A stretch of DNA of 63,316 nucleotides, counting the filler, from Choristocarpus tenellus KU-1152 (lineage: Eukaryota; Protista; Phaeophyceae), in assembly GCA_964200185.2 (NCBI GenBank). It is 11 parts of 11 records of this genome, joined end to end, with 100 filler letters (N's around TTAATTAATTAA, not from the genome) between each part and the next. Parts side by side here need not be neighbours in the genome. Positions count along the whole stretch, not along the records: positions 20,291 to 29,514 come from CAXNAD020003863.1; positions 29,615 to 38,922 come from CAXNAD020003794.1; 9 more parts are not named here. One strand, given 5' to 3'. A program made the position numbers and the translations under genes. Of this stretch, positions 25,918-37,432 are shown in pieces. Position 1 is the first letter of the stretch; the number at the start of each line of letters is the position of its first letter. The notes below the pieces were generated by a model, which ran no database searches, was not told the origin of the DNA, and was given only the letters and a program-made list of their open reading frames with translations.

Positions 25918-28900
25918 GTAGCATTGGCTCAGTGAAGTCTGGTTATGTTGTACAGCATAAAGCTAAGGGCAGGGATAGAGGGAAATATGTGCACACAATC
26001 GAATGCTAAGTGGACCTATCCCTTGCGTTGAAGCCACCATATGTTGAGAGTAGTCTAGAACGTGTGACTCTACCAACTAGTGTATATTGGTAATCATTCT
26101 TCCATGTAAGTTTTGCAATTCCTTCCTGGTTGTGTCTATGCCTGCCTCTGCACTTGGGACAGAGTGTACTTTTTGGTTACACGGGGTGTGGTGTTGACTA
26201 TTGACAGGTGAAATATTGTATCCGACAAATGAGCCATCTTTGCTTACATTCTTCTTCTGTCCATTCTGTCATTGGGAGTGTGAGCCTCTTGCAATGTGTG
26301 GTGTGCTGGGGTGAGGGTGTGATGATTGCTTTATGATGATATACGGCGACCCTACCCCCGCCCCCCCGGTGTGCGTTTTTGTTTTGGTTGCGATAATTTG
26401 GAAATATTAAGTTTTGTTCTCTTCTGCTGTAATTCTTTATCATGGAGCTCCACATGTACAGGAGAAGGAGACGACAGACGTTCGTCCAGGCAAGCATGAA
26501 ATTGACCTCCAGAATGCTGTCATAGGAGTGCACATGTACCAGAAAGAAGAAAGAAAGTCACAGAGGCCTCTTATTGTACTCAATGTATCAAACTCAAAAC
26601 TATTTTGAGACTGATTTGCCTGCCTACTGCTGTGCTTGTGTTGGTGTCGCACGCACGTGCGTGCACAGGGTAAGTACACGCATGCATGTATAAAAGTTAC
26701 GTATTGTGGAGCAACCGTTTAGGGAGGAGTTGAAGTATATCCACATAGATTTGATTCTGGTTATACTGTACGATTCCCAGAACATACTGCGTTGAAGTAC
26801 TATTTTGAAATACATTAATTTGATGTTACAATGATGTCTTACTGGAGCGAGTAGTAATAAAGTGTAACCGATCACCCTTCTTCTATCGCCAATGATGACG
26901 CCCCTAGACAATTATCAAGCGAGAAATTCTTTGTTCCACCCCTTCCTTGCATCTATTATCTGTATGATTCGCTGTCGCAGATGACAACAGAAGTTTTGAG
27001 GTGACTCTATTTCATGGTGGAGGATTTTGATAGAGTACATCATCTCTTGGTCTTTCTATGCTGTCATAATGCCCTTACAATCGATTTATCGGTGAGTAAA
27101 CTCACTTTCTTCCTCAACCACCCCTGTGGACGGGACGTCATATGTATGTACATGTTTCAGTTGATATTCGTGGAGTAAATGGGAGTGGGTTACTTTTGGG
27201 GACGATGGGGTGATAGATGAGAGAGAGAGAGAGAGAGAGTAGAAAGGAGGTAAGAGCGAGGGTTATTACTACAATTATTATTTGTATTAGTGGGTGAGGG
27301 AAATTGCAGTCCATCTATCTCCTCTCAACTGACTACACAAAGCAAGATGTATGGTATTCCTTACACGAAACTTACTATAGAAGTACGGAGTTCATAGATG
27401 TCTCTCTTTTCCTACTTCAGGGTTTTCCGAACCTAACTCTTCTGTTGACGTTCACAACAAGACGGTTCTGTTCATTATTAGAAGAGGGCAGTAGCAGTGG
27501 TAATTAAGTCGGACAATGAATACAGACAATGTTAGAACTTTGGTAAGGTTGTATGTGTATTTCTTATGTTGAGGAATCGTAGAGCCAGCTCGTGTCGCGC
27601 CGTCGTGCGCTTAGTTGTTTTGAGGGTTAGACTATAGTGAGAACAGAGGACTTCGGAAGCAGACAGGAAATTAGCGCTAGTTAAGTGGAGGCGGAGGAGG
27701 TGGCAGTCTAGATCCAGGAATATCCAGCTGGACTGCCATGGATGAGTCAGGAAAATTGATTGGGATCATTGGGGATGAGGTGAGGTCGAAATATAGGGCA
27801 AGGCACCCTGTTCTCTGTATCCCTTCTCGTAAACAATAACCAACCGTCCCTGGGGAAGCTCGTCAATTGTTGCAGTCTATGTCTTCTCCTTTCTAAATGA
27901 TTAGCGTATCTCCTAGAATATGTGGACTTCTGTTTTGTCTTCTCAAATCGTGATGATCCAATGGGGGGTGGTGTGTTGCTTCCCTTTCGAGGCAAGGCAA
28001 TGATAGAGGTGCTGAGCATCTCTGTTGTATCAAGGCATGCACAACCTGACACTAGTATTCTGTTTATCGTAAGCTGGAAGACTTCTATTTTCACTGGTGG
28101 TAGCAGTTGTTCTTGGGAAGAGACTAAATATACCACTGATGATGTATCCATACTGTCGATGGGAGTGGGATAAGTTCGTTTGTGCTAGAGTCCAAACCGG
28201 CAACGGGGTCTTTGTGAAGGCGTGTTCATGCAGTGATTTTCAATGCAATCTGTTGTGCTGATTGCTCGAGTCGAGCAGCGCCTTCGTGTAAGTCTGTTAT
28301 CTTGTGAGGCAACCTTGTGGGCGAGAACGATACAAAATTGCACGACCTGTTAAGACTTTGAGAGAAGTGCTCTTACAGAACAAAATATGTGGGCCTGTCC
28401 AATGCAATGGGAGCTTCCCACAACGTGCATTAGAGTTGCACGGGTTCCATTATTGTGGGCCATGCGACCCCTGATCAATGGAATACTGCAATGGGCATTT
28501 CCCATTGCAATGCCCAGTCAACAGGCACCATCGTCTATGATGCCGATATGCTGCCACCTTTGCTCATTCCCTTGATTGCACATGTGTGTTACCACCAGTT
28601 GATCTGTGTGTGTGTGCATGCGCCATTTCAGCTTGGGGGATACCAGGAAGACAAACCTCGATATCTGATCTCGTGAATGGTGCGTTTCTACCCCTCCTTA
28701 GTGTCAGGGGGTGAGGCCTTGGTTGCCCCCGTTCAATCTTCCGCGTTGTGAAGAGTGGGATCTGAGGTTCCTCTGCCTTGCTTCCGCACCATTTCGTCTC
28801 ATTCTCAGCGTGTACAGCTTGCAATTGCAGAAAGTTTCGCCCGAATTTTTATCTCGAGCAGGAGAGCTCCTCAGATGTGTAGGGTAGAGCTATAGACCAC

Positions 28901-30298
28901 GTGCATGTGCTCACCTCCCACATACTATCATGCAATAGCAGTTTGCTGGATTTGTGGGTAATGTGAAGGCTAGCGGAGGGAAGGGGAAGGGAAAAATAGA
29001 AGGGACTGTAGTGTGTTGAAGTGGATTCCTAACTGACTATATATATAGTGAGTCTTTAGAGGGGAACTGTGAAATTATATTGAAGCTGATCATGTGCCTC
29101 GCAGTTCCCCTCAAATAATAATACTATTAATAATACTTCCCTTCAGATGGCAAGGTTGTGCACCTTGTAAACTGTTCTTATTCCCACCCTCCTTGTTGTT
29201 AGGGGGTCAGGTCTATGCCTTGCAGATGAGTGGGTAAAATCCTCCTCCGAAGGTGGATGTATTTCTCCACCAAGCGTACTGATCGTTGCCCTGTTTTTAG
29301 ATTTGGTAGTACCACTTTTTTTCAGGGGGTTGGGCGTTTGTCACGGAATGTGGCTTCTGCGGGACTGCTCTGATCGTGTGCCCCAAGAGCAAGCAATGCA
29401 GGGCATTTCAAGGGGGCAGAGATGGTTGAAGGGGGGGGGGGGGGGGGGGGGGGGAGGGGGAAGTTTTTTTTTTGTTGCAAGGGTGGTGTTTTTTTTTTTT
29501 TATCGTTTTTTTGGNNNNNNNNNNNNNNNNNNNNNNNNNNNNNNNNNNNNNNNNNNNNTTAATTAATTAANNNNNNNNNNNNNNNNNNNNNNNNNNNNNN
29601 NNNNNNNNNNNNNNCCAAAATCAGGAAAAGTGCATTTACATTATCCATCCGATGTATGCAACCAAATCGCCCAAAAATTGCGACATGAAAAATTGACCCC
29701 AACTGGGCAGCCGCCAACCTCCCCCAGATACTTTGAGCCATTTGTCTCTATGGTCGTTAAAAATTAATATCCCATACTTTTTTACAGTATGATGCAACTG
29801 TGGATTTTGCTTGGTGTTGATGGTGAGGAAACTGGGAACAGATTGATAACTTGATTGTGTATACTGTGATTTTTGCTATGTAAACAGTGGCAGTGATAGA
29901 CTGTCACACAAATACATGCATAGCACATGTAACTTCTTCTTACTACAATTCTACTTTGAGTACAGTGTTTGGTACGAGCACATGTCTTTTCCTTTAGTTG
30001 TACTCTCAAGTGCTGTTGAGGAAAACTCAAACGGCCATATTTTTTTATGGCACAGAGGAAGTTCAACACATCATGCATAAGAGTTGATATATCCTACAGG
30101 GGGGTAGGCGTTGGCGTATCATGTTTTGAACCTTTGAGGCTTCTTTAGTTTGGTGCCTGAACCCTCATTTCTGTGCAGAACATGTAAAATGAAGGTTCCG
30201 TTCCGTTGCTGCTGTGGCTCTGGCAGGTGGGACCCTCAGAATAGATATCGATTCATCATAATAGGCTTGAGAGTGGAGGAATTTAGTTTTTTTTTATC

Positions 30299-30555
30299 GA
30301 CTCAAAGCATCTTAGAGGTTAGAGCCGTGTCCGTTTGGGGGCCAAAATCCAATGTCGCAATTTTGATGTAATTTTGGCTATCGTGTTTGTTAGGAAGTGT
30401 CAATATCTTTCTTCCAGACAAACCTTTCATGACGTATACATTTTACCTACTCCAAAACATTTCGGAGTAGGAAAATGTCATAGTAAACCCTTGGGAAGTC
30501 AAGCCCCAAATGGACAAACATGGCAAAATTCGTACCCTCTAAGATACTTTCACTC
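30299..30555 (+). mobile_element. MITE family A, complete copy, degenerate 4-bp TSD (TATC/TAAC)
   Basis: GACTCAAAGCATCTTAGAGG ... TACCCTCTAAGATACTTTCACTC. Confidence 0.9.
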
Positions 30556-33271
30556 TAACATGTAGAAATATATATATATCCCACAGATCACAATGATTCA
30601 ACCATACCCCTTTCCAGGATACTTTCACTCAATACATTACAAGATGTGCGTTATGTTTAGGAGGAGCTGGTGAATTAATAGTGGTGTCTCCTACTACACA
30701 CACACATATTATTCAGAAGTGGTAAGTTCCTAACCCTAACCCTATCATTGTATAAGTTATTCTGGTGTTCGTTATGAACTTAGGTTTCCTTCCCCTCACT
30801 CACGGCATCGACCAATGACATTGGGTATCAAACAATACTTGAAGTACTACATATTGCGGGGAGTACACGATAAATAATCCATCAAGACATCGGCATGATG
30901 CTAAAACGTTGTCCAGTTTGTAACAAGAAATACCTTGTATAACGTTGTGGTAACACATGGATGGATACAGTCTCAAAGGGGGGTTGTGTGCATGCCTGTG
31001 GTTTGTTTCTAATTACACTGTTCTTCTGATCTCATGGATATCTCACTAAAAATCAAAAATGAATAATGTCGATCTTGTGACTCAAGAGGAGAGGTTCGAC
31101 TGGAATAATATGCGGGAAGTCAAGGGGTGGTGTCGAGACAACAAACATGAAATATTATAAATCACGGGCAAATTTTAAATTTCGATATTATTTGAAGGAT
31201 ATTTAAGAAACAGCGAGAATAAGATCGGCATTTTCTACAGGTTATTATGGGGGCTGTTGCTGGAGAGGACTGTCGCCGAAGAAGGGCTCAGCCAGGCACG
31301 GTATTTAAATACTATTGCGCAGAATGTGTGAAGCCCTAAAGTTGCACGTCAAGGACCTTGGAGAGAAGAATGGCCTTGTTTCCTAGTAGTAGTAATAACA
31401 AATTTGAATGCGAGTGTGGTGCACTGCTCCCGTTTCCTGTCTGCGGTCTGTGTTGTCACTTCCTTTGAGGTGGATGCAGAAGTTCATCACTACTAAAACT
31501 ACACTTGTATTCTCTCTGGACACTTGAGAGCTCCTCTGACGCTTTCCAATACTTGACTCTGGTGTCTTACCCATGTTGGCCACACATCCCACAATCAAGG
31601 GGGCAAGGAGTAATCATAAAGTCAGTCGCACAGGTCAAGCAAATCCTTGCCACTTTATCGATCACTCTCAAACGCTGCAAGCCCAACCTCACTCAACCCA
31701 TACCCCCTGATCAATCTCATCAAATCTAATGAAAATTTAGAAACAATCAACTCCCTACCGCGGCCACCTATAGCAATGCGGGTCTCATCCACAGTCACAG
31801 AGTATCCATACTGCAACAAGGTCTGCTCGTGATAACTTCACTTTAGTGATGTGTTTGACAATCAAGTGCAACTGCACCCTACACTTCTGCCACATCCCTA
31901 ATCTTTCCTTGCATGCATATACCCTTGATAATCTATATGTTCCATCTACCCCTCCCCCCCCCTACCTAAACATTTTTCAGAAGAGTCAACTCTAGTTGCC
32001 TACTGCATCCACCACCCCGGTCCTCCACAGACCTTTGCACTCTGCCACCCCTCTGCATGGGTGGGATATCCCTCAGGATTGAGAAAGACACCTCAAAAGC
32101 AATCCCAACCACTCGAAACCTTCTATTTCAAAGTTCAGAAAATATATTTCACCCTATCCTGACCCTTCACACACATGCCCTGTCCATGTCTAGTGTATGT
32201 TGTGGTGCCACAATGGACAGTCCTTTGGACTGTATCAGAGTATTAAACACCATGTCACATATGTTACACTATATATTTGAAGCATTGAAACCCCTACACA
32301 GCTACTGCTTCCCCCTCTCGCTTCTGTTGCTACTTTCCCCTTCCCCCCACTTGAGCTCCATGCTCCTTTTGCTCAATGACTAGACCTTAACCACATTCCT
32401 ATGTAAGCATGAATATATAATCTTATCCTTCCTTGCAACACTATCTACTCCCCCATCTCCAAAAAGTGGATCTCGTGTGCACTAACCTCAGAGAAAGATG
32501 TATACAAGATATGCGTAAGGAACTAAATGAAAAATATGACGAAAAATTTAAACAACAAAATAATCTGAAATGAAAATGATAATGACATCGAGCAAGGTGT
32601 GTGAATGTGGTGCCAACTAATCCACCCTTTAGAGCAGGGTAATGATGGCGGTTAGCATGAGGCCACCAATCCCCATGATGAAGGGAGTGTCCATTGTATG
32701 AGGAGAGAAGGCCTCTGCCAAGGTTAGGGCTGTCGGAAGGGTAGCAAGAGCAACCCCAAACTGCCAGAAGTTGGCAAAGGACTACAGATGCAACAGGACA
32801 CAGGAACACACCAAGAACAGCATTACACAAAGTCCATAACAGCCAGCCAGCACCACGCAGGGGAACACACAAAGAAACGATCAAGTCAGGAAAATAGGGG
32901 TGATGAGAACATGGGGCTGTGGGAGAAGATTTTCAGGAAGTTGCTGGCCTGGGTCATAGCAAACATCGATGAAGTTTGTATACTGTACATTAATTGAAGT
33001 GAGAAAGATGCCACAACGATTATGTGGGTGTATGAAAACTATTAAAAAAATCGAAAGTAAAATTATGTCGGTGACATCTATGGGACTTGCTTTAAGATCC
33101 GGTTTCCACCCCGCCGATTTTCAATTTGCACATACCATCCTTATCGGATGACAGCATCAAATCACTATGCCGTGATATGCCATGGAAAACACAGGTTATC
33201 CCAGGGGTGAACAGTCCGCCAACTTGCATCCCACTCAGTGAGCTTTCAAACACTCATAGATTTGCTGAAAT

Positions 33272-33529
33272 GAGTCAAAGTATCTTAGAGGGTAGAGCCG
33301 TGTCCATTTGGGGCCAAAACCTAATGTTGCAATTTTGATGTAATTTTGGCCATCTTGTTTGTTAGGAAGTGTCAATATCCACGTTCTGGACACTCCTTTT
33401 CATACCGTATACATTTTACCTACTCCGAAACAATTTGGAGTTGGTAGAATGTCATTTAAAACCCGTGAGAAGCCAAGCCCCAAATGGACAAACAGGGCAA
33501 AAATCGTACCCTCTGAGATAGTTTCACTC
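33272..33529 (+). mobile_element. MITE family A, complete copy; TSD unclear (only AT shared)
   Basis: GAGTCAAAGTATCTTAGAGGGTA ... TACCCTCTGAGATAGTTTCACTC. Confidence 0.92.
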
Positions 33530-33699
33530 ATAATACAATCTGTAGTGTGCCATACATATTATTACAAGAATACCAAAACCATTACCGGCTCCCCCCCGGG
33601 GGGACCCGTCTGTCCTTATATGAGTGGCTTGGTCGAGGTCGCTTCTAAATCGTAGCGGTGCCCTCCATAAGTACCGAAATATTTTTGAATAAAAATATA

Positions 33700-33835
33700 T
33701 CCCATTCGAAAAGGGACCCTTAAAAAGTCCTGCAACATTTTCAAAAAAAACATATCGGTACTTTTTCCGCACCATTTCGGTCAAACCCATCCTCAATGGT
33801 ACGCTCCATCGTCAATTTTTAAAATTCACTGTTTT
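33700..33835. mobile_element. Repeat family C (CACAGCC-ended TIR element end). Related copies at ~39058-39178 and, reversed, at 63263-63316
   Basis: Shared GGTCAAACCCATCCTC.ATGGTA.GCTCCATC.TCAATTTT motif. The 39178 copy ends ...GGCTGTG and the 63263 copy begins CACAGCC. Confidence 0.6.
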
Positions 33836-33959
33836 TTTAGCTTTGAAGCTCACTCTCCTTCCTTACAGCTTCCTTACTTCATGTACAACCTGTTCTGCAT
33901 AATTAGGAATGAATCGAGTCATTTATATACACAAGTCTTGGGAACACCAATTTCTTTAA

Positions 33960-35846
33960 CATTCCAGCTTGTGTTAAGAACCGTGCATGGCCTTACTGTC
34001 CCTCTCATATCCAAAGCTAAATCTTTGGGCACATTCTGTGTGATGGCATTGGCGGTTCGTTAGATACACCATGCCATCCAGCTTGTGCTCAGAGCAGTAT
34101 ACGGCCTTCTTGTCCCTCTCATTGCCAAAGTAAGATATGCGGGCACATTCTGGGTGATGAGCAAGGTGGCTCCCCACAGAGAGCATGCCATCAACCTTAT
34201 GTGCAGAGCAGTACATGGCCTTCCTGTCCCCCCCATTGCCAAAGCAGGGGTAGACAGCACATCCTGTGTGATGACATGAGTTCCATTTCACATTGACCAT
34301 GCCATTCACCTTATGTGCAAAGCAGTACATCGCCTTCCTATCCCCCTCATTACCAAAGCAAGATATGTGAGCACATCCTGTGTGATGGCATGAGTTCCTT
34401 TTCACATCCACCATGCCATCCGCCTTATGTGCAGAGCAGTACATGGCCTTCCTATCCCCCTCATTACCAAAGCAAGATATGCCAGCACATCCTGTGCGAT
34501 GGCATGAATTCCATTTCACATTAACCATGCCATCCAACTTATGTGCAGAGCAGTACATGGCCTTCCTGTCCCCCTCATTACCAAAGCTAGGATAGCAGGC
34601 ACATTCTGGGTGATGGCACTTTCTAGTCCTCACATTCACCATGCCTTCCAGCTTGTGCTCAGATCAGTACATGGGTTTCCTGTCCCCCTCATTGCCAAAG
34701 AAAGATATGCGAGCACATTCTGGGTGATGAGAGCCAAACTATCTTAGAGGGTAGGGCCGCGTCCATTTGGGGACCAAAATGAGTGAAAGTATCTTAGAGG
34801 GTACGAGTTTTGCCCTGTTTGTCCATTTGGGGCTTGGCTTCCCACAGGTATTTTATGATATTTTTCTTACTCCAAAATGCTTCGGAGTAGGAAAAATGTA
34901 TAAATTATGAAAAGGAGTGTCCAGAACAAGGATATGACATCTCCTAACGAACATGATCGCCAAAGTTACATCAAAATTACAACATTGAATTTTGGCCCCC
35001 AAATGGACGCGGCTCTACCCTCTAAGTTACTTTGACTCAAATCCAATGTTGCGATTTTGATATAATTTTGGCTACTGTGTTCGTGAAGTGTCAGTATCCG
35101 TGTTCTGGACACACCTTTTCATAACTTACACATTTGACCTACTCCGAAACATTTTGGAGTGGAAAAATGTCATAAAAACCCCACGGGAAGAGTGAAAGCA
35201 TCTTAGAGGGTACGAGTTTTGCCCTGTTTGTCCATTTGGGGCTTGGCTTCCCACAGGTATTTTATGATATTTTTCTTACTCCAAAATGTTTAGGAGTAGG
35301 TAAAATGTATACGCCATGAAAAGGTGTGCCCGAAACATAGATATTGACACTTCCTAAAAACATGATAGCCAAAATTACATCAAAATCGCAACATTGGATT
35401 TTGATCCNNNNNNNNNNCCAAATGGACACGGCTCTACCCTCTAAGATACTTTGGCTCGAAGCCAAGTCCCCAAAAATGCAAAACTGGCACCCTCTAAGAT
35501 ACTTCTACTCATGACAAAGGCGGCTCCCCGCAGAGAGCATGCCATCAACCTTATGTGCAGAGCAGTACATGGCCTTCCTGTCCCCTCCATTGCCAAAGCA
35601 CGGGTAGACAGCACACCCTGTGTGATGGCATGAGTTCCATTTCACATTGACCATGCCATTCACCTTAAGTGCAAAGCAGTACATCGCCTTCCTATCCCCC
35701 TCATTACCAAAGCAAGATATGTGAGCACATCCTGTGTGGTGGCATGAGTTCCTTTTCACATCCACCATGCCATCAACCTTATGTTCAGAGCAGTACATGG
35801 CCTTCCTTCCTATCCCCCTCATTACCAAAGCTAGATATGCGAGCAA
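33960..35846 (-). pseudogene. EsV-1-7-type Cys/His repeat protein (~10 repeats of 38 aa/114 bp), interrupted by a triple MITE stack
   Basis: Repeats of CHHxxCxxxxxFGNEGDRKAMYCSxHKxDGMVxV. An in-frame TGA replaces a Cys at ~34665, with frameshifts at both ends. Removing 34731-35514 restores the frame (LCH|HPEC). Confidence 0.85.
34731..35510 (+). mobile_element. MITE family A host copy (TSD ATGA) containing two inverted family-A copies: 34781-35038 (TSD AAAT) and 35190-35457 (TSD GAA)
   Basis: Three pairs of GAG...CTC TIRs, each with its own duplication. Removing the inner two reconstitutes a standard copy. Confidence 0.92.
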
Positions 35847-36129
35847 GTAATAGGATATAGTGTAGCAAGTAATCTGTGGTTAGTAATCAATAGAATAGGA
35901 TTGATTTGGCGGCAAGGACCCCCCACATTGTGCTCTCAGGCCCACCCCTTCTTTGTCCTTACTTCATCTACAACCTATCCAACCCAATGAGAAATTAATC
36001 AAGTCATTCATATATACAAGTCTTGGGAACATGATCTTCTCTAACACCACCAACCGACAAGCGTCAAAAAAAAGAAAAAGAGCAAAAGAATCATCTACAT
36101 TCCAATCAACATATGGTCAAGCAGCCTCA

Positions 36130-37225
36130 CCTCTGCTGCCCTCAACCCCATTGAGCATTACACCCTTTGAGTCCTTGACGATCCTGAGGAAGAACGATCC
36201 TGAGGAAGACATCACCTTCATCCACTCCTTTGAGTATCAAGTCTTTCTCCACCTGTTTTGTTGCAACATTTGAAAGGATGCATTATGCATGGTAGTGAAT
36301 ATCATAAAGTGGATGTTCACGAAATGAACAGATCAACAGCAAGGTGTCAGTGAAATCATGAAGAAAGGATGAATCATTATGAAAATGGTCGTAGTTGTAC
36401 CTGCTTGGACAAGACACACAGTGCTTTCTTGGGCTTTTGCTTTGCTTTTGATTTACTTCCATCATTATCTTCACCCTCCTCCTCCTCCTCCTCCTCCTCC
36501 TCCTCCTCCTCCTCCTCCTCCGAGGATGACAATCCAGCCTCATCCTTCTTTTTAAGGTTTTTGACAATCTGTAGTGCCACTTCCAACACCGCTCCTTTGA
36601 TAAAGACGTTCTTGAGGTGTATTCTCCTTACATATGCATTTTCCAGCTTTTCGGAATCCAGAGGCAGATCTGCATCCTCCTCCTCTCCTCCATCACTGCA
36701 ATTAAGGTCTAGATCATGTAACCTGAGCCTCTCCTCGAGACTCTCCTCCTTTTTCTTTTTTTTTTCTATTGGTGGACTGGTTCCTCACACCTAAAAGTGT
36801 CTTGGAGACCTGAGTGGGAGGGGGGGACAGAGATGCGCTTGTCAGGAACTTAACATGCCCTCACAACAACAGCACATATTGAATATGCACTGAGAGACAG
36901 TCGTGAAGAAACAGAAGGTAGAGTATTTCTCATTGGGAATATCACCTGTAAGACAAGGGGAGAGGCTTGCCCAGTTGTGACAGGGGTCCTTTCTCCCTGC
37001 GGCTGGGACATAGAAGAGGGATAGTGTGTTCGAGTGGAGTTCTTTCGCAGCCTCCTCCGAGAACACATTTGCGGCCAATTCCACAATATCTGACCAATCA
37101 TGATTTTGAGGCCTCTCATCTCCCAAGATCTCCAGCCCTTCTATCATCAAAACATCCTGGCATATGCGGACAAAGTACTGCTCTCTGATTGTTGCCAACA
37201 GCTGGAACAAGACAGCTGGAAGGAA
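36130..37225 (-). pseudogene. Exon-like fragments of an unidentified acidic/charged protein, probably degenerate
   Basis: Open stretches (FFQLLATIREQYF...; KNVFIKGAVLEVALQIVKNL...poly-E...KALCVLSKQ|GT; AG|VEKDLILKGVDEGD) with splice-like borders but internal stops. No family recognised. Confidence 0.3.
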
Positions 37226-37236
37226 ACAGTCGTATT

Positions 37237-37432
37237 GAGTGAAACTATCTCAGAGGGTACGATTTTTGCCCTGTTTGTCCATTTGGGGCTTGGCTTCTCA
37301 TGGGTTTTAAATGACAATCTACCTACTCCAAAATGTTTCAGAGTAGGTAAAATNNNNNNNNNNCATCAAAATTGCAACATTAGGTTTTGGCCCCAAATGG
37401 ACGCGGCTCTACCCTCTAAGATACTTTGACTC
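37237..37432 (-). mobile_element. MITE family A, reverse orientation, internal gap, 3-bp TSD ATT
   Basis: att|GAGTGAAACTATCTCAGAGGGTA ... TACCCTCTAAGATACTTTGACTC|att. Confidence 0.9.

Noticed and set aside
14116-25924. Long ORFs rich in I/Y/L/F/H/T (e.g. 14522-14890, 15521-16021, 20852-21223, 25178-25924)
   Set aside because: They are translations of microsatellite or low-complexity non-coding DNA.
34731-35510. MITE acting as an introner (self-splicing-out of the EsV-1-7 ORF)
   Set aside because: GT/AG-like sites lie inside the TIRs rather than at the ends, a stop is read immediately on entering the element, and the host ORF has an independent stop.
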